Numbered from the stretch's first letter, positions 15,924 to 25,465 are shown. The stretch is DNA of 64,000 nt from Spartobacteria bacterium (GCA_003169975.1 PNAA01000056.1:3123-67122), one strand, 5' to 3'. Numbers and translations are program-made. Notes: generated by a model not told the origin, from the sequence alone.

Positions 15924-17747
15924 ATGAATACTTCAGGTTGGATTCAACTCATTCTCTTCGCTGCCGCCTTGTTGGTGACGGCCAAACCACTCGGCCTTTA
16001 TCTTTGCAAGGTGCTCGATGCGAACGGCAAGACGTTTCTCGATCCGGTCATCAAGCCGATCGAAAGGCTGACTTACAAGCTAACCGGCGTCGATCCGAAG
16101 CAGGAACATGACTGGAAACGCTACGCCACCGCGATGCTGCTTTTCAGCCTGGTCTCGATGCTCTTTACTTACGCGATCCTGCGTTTGCAGGCGGTGCTCC
16201 CGCTTAATCCGCAGAAGCTTGTCGCGGTCGGCGAACATCTCGCCTTCAACACGGCAGCGAGCTTCACCACGAACACCAACTGGCAGAGCTACGGCGGCGA
16301 AAGCACCATGTCGTACCTCTCGCAGATGGTCGCGTTGACCATCCACAACTTCGTCTCGGCGGCTGTCGGTATAAGCATTGCCGCCGCCCTCGTTCGCGGC
16401 ATCGCGCGACACACGTCTCAGACCATCGGCAATTTCTGGGTCGATCTTACCCGTGTCACCTACTATCTGTTGGTGCCAATCTGCGTCGTGTTTGCGGTTG
16501 TTCTTGTGTCGCAAGGGATGATCCAAAACTTTAAGCCCTATGACTCTGCCAGCTTAAGCGATCCGTTCACTACGCAGGTGCCAAAGGTCGATGACAAGGG
16601 TGCAGCGGTCAATGGTCCCGACGGCAAGCCGGTCATGGTCGACCAAAAAATCGATGCGCAAACCATCGTGCAAGGTCCGATGGCTTCGCAGATCGCAATC
16701 AAGATGCTGGGCACCAACGGCGGCGGTTACACCAACGCCAACGCCGCGCAACCTTTCGAGAACCCGACTCCGCTCTCCAATTTCCTGCAAATGTTCGCGA
16801 TCTTCGCGATCCCGAGCGCGCTGACTTATTTCCTCGGCCGCTCGGTTAGGAACCAGGGCCACGGCTGGGCCGTATGGGCAGCGATGTTTGTCCTCTTCTT
16901 TGCCGGCGTGATGGTGGCGGCTCATTATGAAGCGGCTGGCAATCCAAACTTCACGGCTCTTGGTGTCGACCCAGCCGATGGCAACATGGAAGGCAAGGAG
17001 GTCCGCTTCGGCATCTTCAATTCCGCGCTCTTCGCCACCATTACGACCGATGCTTCCTGCGGCGCGGTTAACTCGATGCATGATTCCTTCACGCCGATGG
17101 GAGGTTTGGTGCCGTTGCTCAATATACAACTTGGCGAGGTCGTCTTCGGCGGCGTGGGCGCGGGGCTTTATGGAATGCTGATATATGTCATCATCGCGGT
17201 CTTTATCGCGGGCCTGATGGTAGGTCGCACGCCTGAATACCTCGGGAAAAAGATCGAACCGAAGGACGTCAAGATGGCTTCATTTGTCATCCTGATTCTC
17301 GCTTTCTCGATTCTCGGTTTCTCTGCCTGGGCCAGTGTCAGCAAGATGGGCGCGCCGGACGCAACCGGCGCACTGACGGACGGAACAAACAACAGCGGAC
17401 CGCATGGCTTCAGCGAAATTCTTTACGCTTACAGCTCATGCACCGGCAACAATGGCAGCGCCTTCGCGGGTCTCACGGCGAACGCGCCCTGGTATGACAC
17501 GACGCTTGGCTTCGCGACGCTCTTCGGACGTTTTGCGATGATCGTGCCGATCCTCGCGCTCGCCGGCTCACTCGCGCGCAAGAAATTGATCGCGGAAAGC
17601 GCCGGCACGTTCCCGGTCTCCGGCCCGCTCTTCACCAGTCTGCTCGTCGGCACGGTGCTCCTGATCGGGGCGCTCACCTTCGTCCCTGCGCTCGTCCTCG
17701 GCCCAGTCGTCGAACACTTCCTGATGCACGCCGGCAAGTTGTTTTAA
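15924..17747 (+). CDS. kdpA: potassium-transporting ATPase subunit KdpA
   Basis: 607 aa, KdpA signatures (NTAASFTTNTNWQSYGGE, LGTNGGGYTNANAAQPFENPTP), followed directly by kdpB and kdpC. Confidence 0.95.
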   Translation: MNTSGWIQLILFAAALLVTAKPLGLYLCKVLDANGKTFLDPVIKPIERLTYKLTGVDPKQEHDWKRYATAMLLFSLVSMLFTYAILRLQAVLPLNPQKLVAVGEHLAFNTAASFTTNTNWQSYGGESTMSYLSQMVALTIHNFVSAAVGISIAAALVRGIARHTSQTIGNFWVDLTRVTYYLLVPICVVFAVVLVSQGMIQNFKPYDSASLSDPFTTQVPKVDDKGAAVNGPDGKPVMVDQKIDAQTIVQGPMASQIAIKMLGTNGGGYTNANAAQPFENPTPLSNFLQMFAIFAIPSALTYFLGRSVRNQGHGWAVWAAMFVLFFAGVMVAAHYEAAGNPNFTALGVDPADGNMEGKEVRFGIFNSALFATITTDASCGAVNSMHDSFTPMGGLVPLLNIQLGEVVFGGVGAGLYGMLIYVIIAVFIAGLMVGRTPEYLGKKIEPKDVKMASFVILILAFSILGFSAWASVSKMGAPDATGALTDGTNNSGPHGFSEILYAYSSCTGNNGSAFAGLTANAPWYDTTLGFATLFGRFAMIVPILALAGSLARKKLIAESAGTFPVSGPLFTSLLVGTVLLIGALTFVPALVLGPVVEHFLMHAGKLF

Positions 17748-17786
17748 CTCTCAATCCTCAACTAACAATCTCTCAACTTTTCTAAT

Positions 17787-19811
17787 ATGGCTGCTAAAAC
17801 TCATTCCATTTTCGATCCGGCGATCATCATCCCGGCGATCGGTGCATCGTTCCAGAAGCTCAACCCTGCCCACATGCTCGGGAATCCGGTCATGTTCGTC
17901 ACGGAAGTCGGCGCTCTGATTACGACCGCGCTTCTCTTCAGCGGCGGACAGGGCGCGTCCTTTGGTTTCCTGCTCCAGATTACCCTCTGGCTCTGGTTCA
18001 CGGTGATCTTCGCGAACTTCGCGGAAGCGATGGCGGAAGGTCGCGGCAAAGCCCAAGCCGAGACATTGCGCAAATCGAGAACCGAAACGAAGGCCAATCG
18101 TTTCCGGGGCGATGGCGCGCTCGAGGAAGTTCCCTCAAACAAGCTCAGGAAAGGCGATGTCGTCATCGTGAAAGCCGGCGAATTCATCCCCGGCGACGGC
18201 GAGATTATCGAAGGCGCCGCGACCGTGGACGAGTCAGCCATCACCGGCGAATCAGCCCCCGTTGTGCGCGAAGCTGGCGGCGACCGCAGCGCTGTCACCG
18301 GCGGCACCCGCGTGCTTTCAGACGTGATCAAAGTCCGCATTACCGCGAATCCCGGCGAGACCTTCCTCGATCGCATGATCGGGCTTGTCGAAGGCGCGAA
18401 ACGTCAGAAGACCCCCAATGAAATCGCGCTCACCATCCTGCTCTCCGCGCTCACGATCATCTTCCTCATCGTGCTCATTTCGATGAAAGCGTTCGGCATT
18501 TACAACGGGGTCGATTTCTCGATCACGGTGCTCGTCGCATTGCTCGTCTGCCTCATTCCCACGACGATCGGCGGATTGCTCAGCGCCATCGGAATCGCGG
18601 GGATCGATCGTCTCGTGCAGAAAAATGTGCTCGCCATGAGTGGGCGCGCGGTTGAAGCCGCCGGCGACGTGGATGTGTTGTTGCTGGACAAGACCGGCAC
18701 GATCACGCTTGGCAATCGGCAGGCTGCGGAATTCCTGCCCGCCCCTGGTGTGACGAAAGAGGCCATGGCGGAAGCTGCGCAACTTGCTTCCCTGGCCGAC
18801 GAAACTCCGGAAGGCCGGAGTATTGTGGTTTTGGCCAAGGAAAAATACGGATTGCGCGGACGCGAGCTCAACGAGCTGCCGCACGCCACCTTCGTCCCGT
18901 TCACTGCCCAAACCCGAATGAGCGGCGTGGACATTAACGGGACCAAGTATCGCAAAGGCGCGGCCGACCAGGTGAAAGCTTTCGTCGGCGGCAACCTGCC
19001 CGGAGCTGTTCAGTCCGATGTCGATAGGATCGCTGGACTCGGTGGAACACCGCTGGTCGTGGCCTCAAACGAGAAAGTGCTCGGCACGATCTACCTCAAG
19101 GACATCGTGAAGGGCGGACTGGCGGATCGTTTCGAGCGCTTCCGCGCCATGGGCATCCGCACCATCATGATTACCGGCGACAATCCGCGCACCGCTGCGG
19201 CCATCGCGAAAGAAGCAGGCGTCGACGACTTCCTCGCCGAAGCAACACCGGAGCAGAAGCTCGCGCTGATTCGCAAAGAGCAGGAGGGCGGTCACCTCGT
19301 CGCCATGACCGGTGACGGCACGAACGACGCGCCCGCGCTGGCCCAGGCCGATGTTGGCGTAGCGATGAACACCGGCACGCAAGCCGCCAAGGAAGCGGGC
19401 AACATGGTCGATCTCGACTCGAACCCGACCAAGCTCATCGAGGTCGTCGAGATCGGGAAACAACTCCTCATCACTCGCGGTGCGCTGACCACGTTCAGTA
19501 TCGCCAACGATGTCGCGAAGTATTTCGCCATCATCCCAGCGATGTTGCTCGTCAGCTTCCCGTCAATCGCGCCGCTCAATGTGATGAAGCTCGCGTCGCC
19601 CCAGAGCGCCATTCTGAGCGCGGTGATCTTCAATGCGATCATCATCATCCTGCTCATCCCGCTCGCCCTGCGCGGTGTGAAATTCCGCCCGCTTGGCGCG
19701 GCCAAAATTCTGCAACGCAATCTTCTCATCTACGGTGTCGGCGGCGTCATCATTCCATTCATTGGCATCAAAGCGATCGACATGATGGTCGCCGCACTTC
19801 ACCTCGCCTAG
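17787..19811 (+). CDS. kdpB: potassium-transporting ATPase subunit KdpB (P-type ATPase)
   Basis: DKTGTIT phosphorylation motif, [22 protein letters not shown]. 674 aa. Confidence 0.95.
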   Translation: MAAKTHSIFDPAIIIPAIGASFQKLNPAHMLGNPVMFVTEVGALITTALLFSGGQGASFGFLLQITLWLWFTVIFANFAEAMAEGRGKAQAETLRKSRTETKANRFRGDGALEEVPSNKLRKGDVVIVKAGEFIPGDGEIIEGAATVDESAITGESAPVVREAGGDRSAVTGGTRVLSDVIKVRITANPGETFLDRMIGLVEGAKRQKTPNEIALTILLSALTIIFLIVLISMKAFGIYNGVDFSITVLVALLVCLIPTTIGGLLSAIGIAGIDRLVQKNVLAMSGRAVEAAGDVDVLLLDKTGTITLGNRQAAEFLPAPGVTKEAMAEAAQLASLADETPEGRSIVVLAKEKYGLRGRELNELPHATFVPFTAQTRMSGVDINGTKYRKGAADQVKAFVGGNLPGAVQSDVDRIAGLGGTPLVVASNEKVLGTIYLKDIVKGGLADRFERFRAMGIRTIMITGDNPRTAAAIAKEAGVDDFLAEATPEQKLALIRKEQEGGHLVAMTGDGTNDAPALAQADVGVAMNTGTQAAKEAGNMVDLDSNPTKLIEVVEIGKQLLITRGALTTFSIANDVAKYFAIIPAMLLVSFPSIAPLNVMKLASPQSAILSAVIFNAIIIILLIPLALRGVKFRPLGAAKILQRNLLIYGVGGVIIPFIGIKAIDMMVAALHLA

Positions 19812-19832
19812 TTCCGCAAACCGATTTATCCC

Positions 19833-20426
19833 ATGAATACTATTATTAAAGAAACCACTACCGCGGTGCTCGCGACGCTTCTCTTCGCCCTCGTTCTGTG
19901 CGGCATCTACCCAGTCATCATCTGGGGAGCCGGCCAGTTGCTCTTCCCGCACCAGGCCAATGGCAGCCTGATCGAAGGCAGCGATCGTAAGACTGTCGGT
20001 TCCGAACTGCTCGGCCAGAACTTTACCAGCGCGAAATACTTTCATCCGCGTCCTTCTTCGGCTGGCACTGGTTATGATGCGGCTAACTCCAGCGGCTCCA
20101 ACCTTGGGCCGACTTCGCAGAAACTGATCGACGCGGTGAAACAACGCGTCGCCGATTACCGCGCTGAGAACGGCCTGGCCGCTGATGCACTTGTCCCCGG
20201 CGATGCTGTCACCGCGAGTGGCAGCGGTCTCGATCCGCACATCAGCCCGAAGAACGCGCTCCTGCAAGCCTCCCGAGTTGCGAGAGAGCGCGGCCTCGGC
20301 GTGGACGTTGTGAAAACCGAAATCGACAAAGCCACGACCGCGGCACAGTTCGGCATTCTTGGGGAAGCCGGCGTGAACGTACTTAAACTTAATCTCGCGC
20401 TCGACGCGATGTCTCCCAAAAAATAA
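19833..20426 (+). CDS. kdpC: potassium-transporting ATPase subunit KdpC
   Basis: 197 aa, an N-terminal TM helix, then LFPHQANGSLI and SGSGLDPHISP motifs typical of KdpC. Confidence 0.95.
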   Translation: MNTIIKETTTAVLATLLFALVLCGIYPVIIWGAGQLLFPHQANGSLIEGSDRKTVGSELLGQNFTSAKYFHPRPSSAGTGYDAANSSGSNLGPTSQKLIDAVKQRVADYRAENGLAADALVPGDAVTASGSGLDPHISPKNALLQASRVARERGLGVDVVKTEIDKATTAAQFGILGEAGVNVLKLNLALDAMSPKK

Positions 20427-20435
20427 TCTCTTCAC

Positions 20436-21566
20436 ATGCCCGAGGCCGACTCCGCCCTACGTCCGAGCGCGGATGATTTCCTTGCGATCATCCGCCAGCA
20501 GCAGGTCGGAAAGTTGAAGATCTATCTCGGTCCCTGCCCCGGCGTCGGCAAAACCTATTCGATGTTGAACGAGGGGCGCCGCTTGAAACAGCGCGGCGTC
20601 GACGTCGTCATCGGCTACGTCGAGCCGCACGATCGCCCCGAAACCACCGCGCAAATCGGCGACCTCGAGATCGTGCCGCCGCGGCTCACGACTTATCACG
20701 GGATCACGCTCAACGAGATGGATGTGGACGCCGTTATCAAGCGCAAGCCGACCGTCGCGCTAGTCGATGAACTCGCGCACACGAACGCGCCCGAAAGCAA
20801 AAACCGGAAGCGCTACGAAGACGTGGAAGATTTGCTTCGCGCGGGCATCAACGTCATCAGCACGGTCAACATTCAGCACCTCGAATCGCTCTATAATTTC
20901 GTCGAAGAGTCAACCGGGGTGCGCGTGAAAGAACGAGTGCCCGACGAAGTCCTAACCAAAGCCGACCAGATCGTGAACATCGACTTGCCCGCTGAAGATT
21001 TGCAGGAGCGACTGCAGTCCGGAAAAATTTATCCAAAAGAACGGATCGTAGCCGCGCTCGCGAATTTCTTCACCCAGAAAAACCTCACGCGCCTGCGCGA
21101 GATGACGCTGACCGAAACGGCGAACTTTCTCGACCGCAAACAACGCGACACCGCAGAGAGCGAGCAGAATGTCAGCGCGCTCGGTCAGGTGATGGTCGCG
21201 ATCAGCAGTCAAGGTCCAGATCCCGGACGACTGCTCCGCAAGACCGCGCGCCTGGCTTCACAACTCAACGCGCAATGGTATGCGGTCTATGTGCGCACGC
21301 CTGAGGAATCGGTCGTAAAGATCGACGCCGCCGCTCAGCGCCGTGTCACCGACACGCTCGAAACCGCCCAGAAAATGGGCGGTCTGGTCTTTTCGATGAA
21401 GGGCGAAAATGTCGCGCAGGCTCTGATCTCGTTCGCTCGCGAATACGGTATCACGCACATCGTCGTCGGCCGCCCCGGCGGCAACAAACTAAAGCGGCTT
21501 TTCAGAAAGACGCTGCACGAAAAACTATTGCAGGCGCTGCCAGATGTCGATCTCGTCGTGGTCTGA
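20436..21566 (+). CDS. kdpD: KdpD N-terminal sensor domain + USP domain protein (no TM, HisKA or ATPase domains)
   Basis: GKLKIYLGPCPGVGKTYSML Walker-like motif, VDELAHTNAP and NVISTVNIQHLES (KdpD N-terminal domain), then a USP-like half. The ORF ends at 376 aa. Confidence 0.85.
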   Translation: MPEADSALRPSADDFLAIIRQQQVGKLKIYLGPCPGVGKTYSMLNEGRRLKQRGVDVVIGYVEPHDRPETTAQIGDLEIVPPRLTTYHGITLNEMDVDAVIKRKPTVALVDELAHTNAPESKNRKRYEDVEDLLRAGINVISTVNIQHLESLYNFVEESTGVRVKERVPDEVLTKADQIVNIDLPAEDLQERLQSGKIYPKERIVAALANFFTQKNLTRLREMTLTETANFLDRKQRDTAESEQNVSALGQVMVAISSQGPDPGRLLRKTARLASQLNAQWYAVYVRTPEESVVKIDAAAQRRVTDTLETAQKMGGLVFSMKGENVAQALISFAREYGITHIVVGRPGGNKLKRLFRKTLHEKLLQALPDVDLVVV

Positions 21567-22039
21567 GCGGCGTCGGTGTGTCCTTGCCTTCTTCTGTCCA
21601 CGCGGTTTTCGCGGAAAAGAAGACGACCGCCAGCTCTATCCAGGACCCAAAAGACCCCGCTCATCCGATAAGCGTAACGCTCGATTAATGTGAACTCAAT
21701 TTGTTACGATCGCTAGAGCTCCACGACGCCTGCTCCGCGCACCCGGCCCACTTGGTTAGGCCACGCCCTCCACCGGCCAAAATGCTGCCTAAGGCGTAGA
21801 TAGGACGATCCCGAGACGACCAAGCCGTCACTGATCAATACCGAATAGGGCATCGGTTACCGTCTCACCCTGCCAGAAGAGCCATTGCGCAACCACGCGG
21901 CGTTGGGTAGTGTCATAATTTCAATTTAGATGCCCAAGTCTGGTTGTTCCACTCGCGGACGTCTTATCTGCGAGCTTGTCCACCAACTTGTTTCCATCCA
22001 ACTCAAGCAAGCCTAGACGCTTCGGGCTTTTCTTGCCGT

Positions 22040-22221
22040 CGTCGAGCGTCCAAAATTCGCCAACGCCTGAGCGCCCGGTCCAAGGCCGCTGCCGCCTTGC
22101 ACTACGGCTACTACAATTTGTCAAAACGACCGCTGCGGTGCGCTGCACGCCCGCAAGGGCCGCTGGTGTGACGCAAACGTTCTGGACAGTCCGGGATCTC
22201 GTAGAGATGATTGAAGCGTGA
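22040..22221 (+). pseudogene. frameshifted C-terminal remnant of an IS1/IS1595-type transposase
   Basis: Two adjacent frames read ...ASKIRQRLSARSKAAAALHYGYYNLSK and FVKTTAAVRCTPARAAGVTQTFWTVRDLVEMIEA*. From memory this matches the ...AFSKK.EN....ALH..YYNF.R.H.TL..TPAMAAGVTDH.W...EL tail of these transposases. Confidence 0.45.
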
Positions 22222-22505
22222 GCGAACGCACCAACAAACTCCAAGGAGCCGTCGAAACGATGCACCGCTGCAAGGCAACTTACGTCGGCCCAGAGCTTGT
22301 GATCGAATTGTTTTGCGGTCAAATCGCGTGGGACGGAGTCGTCCAGATTTTCGATCTCGCCGGGCATCCGAAAGCGAAACGCTGCCATGCATGGTCGTAT
22401 CTTGAAAACCACAAACCGCAATGCACGACCGTCTTAGAGATTCCACCGGTGGATTCAGCGGAGACAACCGTCAAAGAGGCGGTTGCAGCCAAAGCGAGGT
22501 CGTAA
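22218..22505 (+). CDS. conserved hypothetical protein (95 aa)
   Basis: Resembles a small protein family I recall from many bacteria (...HRCKA.YV........G...W.G.V..FDL.GHPKAKRCYAWS...VLE.PPV.SA..AV). No function is known. Confidence 0.55.
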   Translation: MSERTNKLQGAVETMHRCKATYVGPELVIELFCGQIAWDGVVQIFDLAGHPKAKRCHAWSYLENHKPQCTTVLEIPPVDSAETTVKEAVAAKARS

Positions 22506-22509
22506 GAGC

Positions 22510-22860
22510 ATGAACATTTTGCGGCATATACCCGTTTGGGCCTTTCTCTTGATTGCTACCACGTTGGAAGTCAGCGGGGATGCGGTTGTCAGAATAGCGA
22601 TTTACAATCAAGCCGGGATTGCGCGAATCGGCCTCACGCTCGCCGGTGCAACACTCCTCTTAGGCTACGGATTCGCTCTCAACCTGGCCCCCGTTGAGTT
22701 TGGACGAGTAGTTGGTCTTTACATCGCCACGCTATTTGTTGTCTGGCAGATCATCAATTTTATCGCCTTCCGAGCATTACCGAATGTTCCAATCCTGATT
22801 GGAGGCAGTCTTATCGTCGCGGGCGGCCTGATCATCACGTTCTGGAAAGCAGCGAACTGA
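22510..22860 (+). CDS. small 4-TM membrane protein (YnfA/SMR-like)
   Basis: MNILRHIPVWAFLLIATTLEVSGDAVV..., about 116 aa with four hydrophobic helices. I prefer the ATG at 22510 over the track start at 22483. Local GC is lower than the surroundings. Confidence 0.55.
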   Translation: MNILRHIPVWAFLLIATTLEVSGDAVVRIAIYNQAGIARIGLTLAGATLLLGYGFALNLAPVEFGRVVGLYIATLFVVWQIINFIAFRALPNVPILIGGSLIVAGGLIITFWKAAN

Positions 22861-22861
22861 C

Positions 22862-23252
22862 ATGATGAATAAGTTCTTCGCGGCATTCTTTGCCTTCGGC
22901 GCAACGATGTGCACTCTCACCATAATCTTACTTCTTTTTCCGGGAACCGCGCTAGACTTGCTTTGGCGTCTCAATCCCGACGCTCATTCAGCCTTTTCAA
23001 TCTCTCGGAAAAGTGTCGGTATTGCTCATGTTTGTCGTCGGAGCAGGGTGCGCACTAGCTGCGACAGGCATGTGGCGAGGCTCTCGCTGGGGCATGCGCC
23101 TCGCTTTGGCAATCTTATCGGTCAATATCCTGGGTGACCTTTTTAATGCTTTGATGCGTCACGATTTGCGCACGTTGATCGGGCTACCGATTGGCGGCGC
23201 GATGATCGCTTATCTAATCTGCAGCAGAAAAAAGCCTGCTATTTCAAATTAG
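22862..23252 (+). pseudogene. membrane protein gene split by a +1 frameshift in a T4 run (22994-22997)
   Basis: Track ORFs 22862-23137 and 23013-23252 are two halves of one gene. Deleting one T gives ...NPDAHSAF-QSLGKVSVLLMFVVGAGCALAATGMW... as one continuous hydrophobic protein. Confidence 0.65.
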
Positions 23253-23319
23253 GACACTACCCGCCATTGTGCTCGCTTGACTTCCCGTTTCGCCAATCAG
23301 AGCATGACTCTGGTTCTTT

Positions 23320-23460
23320 ATTCAGCTTAATGGTCCCGCGAGTGCCGGACCAACGGGGGATCCAACTTCCTTCCGCGCAAGCGGGCGGATCGGGGCGAAC
23401 GATGTGCGACATCGAGGGCATTTAATGGCTCCAGCCCGACAGCTAACCTCGCCAGCTTCA
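23320..23460 (+). promoter_or_regulatory. probable cyclic-di-AMP riboswitch (ydaO/kimA class) in the leader of the permease gene
   Basis: From memory of the ydaO-yuaA consensus: ACGGGGGATCCA (23353-23364), GGATCGGGGCGAAC (about 23387-23400), GAGGGCA (23414-23420), and the near-invariant 3' block CCCGACAGCTAACCTCG (23435-23451). It ends 6 nt before the ATG at 23466. Confidence 0.7.
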
Positions 23461-23465
23461 TTAAA

Positions 23466-25337
23466 ATGCAGGAAAGGTTTCGTCGCGCGGGACCGCTTGG
23501 TTTCTTTCGAAGTTTTTTGATACCGACCAACGTTAAGCGACCGCGCAATGTGGATGTGCCACGCGCAGCCGCCATCCTCTACGGCGACTGGGGCACGAGC
23601 AAAGCGTACGTTATCGGCCTCGCTTTTGCCGTCGGCGGCTATGCCTCATTCTGGCTTATCGCTGCGATGTGCGTTCTCACCGCGCTCGTCGGGATCAACT
23701 ATATCATCATCTGCCGGCTCTATCCGGATGGCGGCGGCGTTTATGCCAGCGTCCGGCATCGCTCCGAGGTCATTTCCATCGTCGGCGCGTTTCTCCTCAT
23801 CGCCGATTACCTCGTCACGGCAGCGATCAGCGCACTGTCCGCGTTTCAATACCTGGGCGTCCCGCACCCGGAAAAGTTCGCGGCGGCGGCCATCCTCGTC
23901 ATCGGCCTGCTTAACTTGCTCGGACCGAAACACACCGGCGGTCTCGCCTTCCTCATCTCGGTTCCAACCGCGCTCGTCGTCATTACCCTTGGCCTGTTCA
24001 GCCTCCCCCATCTCGGCGTCGCCCTTGGACATCTGCAACCATTGCACGGGAGCTTTTGGCAAAACTGGAGCGGCTTCGTTGGAATCGTCCTCGCACTCTC
24101 GGGCGTCGAGGCAATCGCCAACGCCACCGGCGTCATGCGACTCAATCCCGGCAGCACTGAGGCCAATCCCTCGGTGACCAGGACATCCACGCCCGCTCTC
24201 CTCTGGGTGATGGTCGAGGTCTGTATCTTCACCGCGTTGCTCGGGCTCGCGATGAACGCACTCGGTGGTTTGCAGGTCGTGCACGGCGACGTGAACGCGC
24301 CGGGCGCGCAAGGCGTCCGCGACTACATGCTGCGCTACATGGGAGAAACATTTGTCGGCGGCGCACTCGGACCCGCCATCGGGCACGCCTTCGGTTTTGC
24401 GGTCAGCATCACCTTCGGCTTTCTTCTGCTTTCCGCCGTCAACACCGCGATCGTCGATCTCATCACGATCCAATTCCTGATGGCGCGCGACCGTGAGATG
24501 CCGTCGATCTTTCAACGGCTCAACCGCTGGGGCGTGCCCAGCTTCGGCCTGTTTCTCGCCACCGTCGTCCCGATCGCGCTCGTCCTTCTCGTCAAAGACA
24601 TGGTCGGTCTCGCCGATTTATATGCGGTGGGCGTGGTGGGCGCAATCGCGACCAATCTCGGCGCCACCGCCACGGACCGCCATTTACGGATCAAGACTTG
24701 GGAACGGACCTTGATGTTCGGAACGTTCGTCGTCATGGCCGCGATTGAAATGTCGCTCCTCATCGATAAGCCGAACGCCCGCTATTTTGCGGTCACGGTC
24801 CTGGCGGCAGGACTCATTTTGCGCGGGCTCGTGCAGGAGCGCCGGATAAAAAAAGAAGCCGCCGTCGCTCCGGAGGCTTTGCCGGTACCGCGGGCCGCGC
24901 CGGAAGCTTCCGCGGCGGCGACGGAGATGCTCGGAGGCGAAGCGATGCTTTGCGCCATCCGCGGCACTGGACGCACGCTCGATTTCGCCCTGCGCGAAGC
25001 GCGCGAGACCGGCCGCCGGCTTTACCTCCTCTTCGTCCGCGAACAGCGTTTCATGACGGAGCAGGACGCGAAACGCAAATGGCAGGCAGATCCCGAAGCG
25101 CGGGAAATATTCGAGAATGCCCGGGCGCGCTCGCCGGATCAACCGCCGCTATTCTGCTACGCGGTGAGCGACTCGGCCTCCCAGACGATCGTCGATATCG
25201 CAGCGACGATCGGCGCGTCACGCCTCATCCTCGGCGCCCCGCGCCGTCACGCGATGGTCAACATCCTCCGTGGCAACCTCGTCCGTGAAGTATCCGATAT
25301 GCTGCCGGACGAAATCGACCTGCTGGTTTACGCCTAA
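23466..25337 (+). CDS. APC-superfamily permease with C-terminal USP-like domain; candidate K+ transporter (KimA/Kup-like motifs)
   Basis: 623 aa, about 12 TM helices. Motifs YGDWGTSKAYV (compare Kup GDIGTSPLY), YPDGGGVY and LSGVEAIANATGV (compare KimA, from memory). The cytoplasmic tail is USP-like (LYLLFVRE..., GASRLILGAPRR). Confidence 0.8.
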   Translation: MQERFRRAGPLGFFRSFLIPTNVKRPRNVDVPRAAAILYGDWGTSKAYVIGLAFAVGGYASFWLIAAMCVLTALVGINYIIICRLYPDGGGVYASVRHRSEVISIVGAFLLIADYLVTAAISALSAFQYLGVPHPEKFAAAAILVIGLLNLLGPKHTGGLAFLISVPTALVVITLGLFSLPHLGVALGHLQPLHGSFWQNWSGFVGIVLALSGVEAIANATGVMRLNPGSTEANPSVTRTSTPALLWVMVEVCIFTALLGLAMNALGGLQVVHGDVNAPGAQGVRDYMLRYMGETFVGGALGPAIGHAFGFAVSITFGFLLLSAVNTAIVDLITIQFLMARDREMPSIFQRLNRWGVPSFGLFLATVVPIALVLLVKDMVGLADLYAVGVVGAIATNLGATATDRHLRIKTWERTLMFGTFVVMAAIEMSLLIDKPNARYFAVTVLAAGLILRGLVQERRIKKEAAVAPEALPVPRAAPEASAAATEMLGGEAMLCAIRGTGRTLDFALREARETGRRLYLLFVREQRFMTEQDAKRKWQADPEAREIFENARARSPDQPPLFCYAVSDSASQTIVDIAATIGASRLILGAPRRHAMVNILRGNLVREVSDMLPDEIDLLVYA

Positions 25338-25465
25338 GTGCACCCCATCGGGCCTGTGAAAAAGATCGATGACTGCACCGCAGAGGTCTTGCGGTGCGCA
25401 CCGGGATGGATCGAAAAATATTCTTCAGGCTTGGCGAACGCGCTCCGGGTTGACAAGTTCGCGCC

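Noticed and set aside
21921-22421. 166-aa minus-strand ORF in the gap after the kdp genes.
   Set aside because: It overlaps, in antisense, the conserved 95-aa ORF (22218-22505) and the transposase remnant. Its sequence is low-complexity and matches no family I know.
25376-25398. Hairpin GCACCGCA-GAGGTCT-TGCGGTGC after the permease gene, as a Rho-independent terminator.
   Set aside because: The 8-bp stem is real but no U-tract follows, so I do not call it a terminator.
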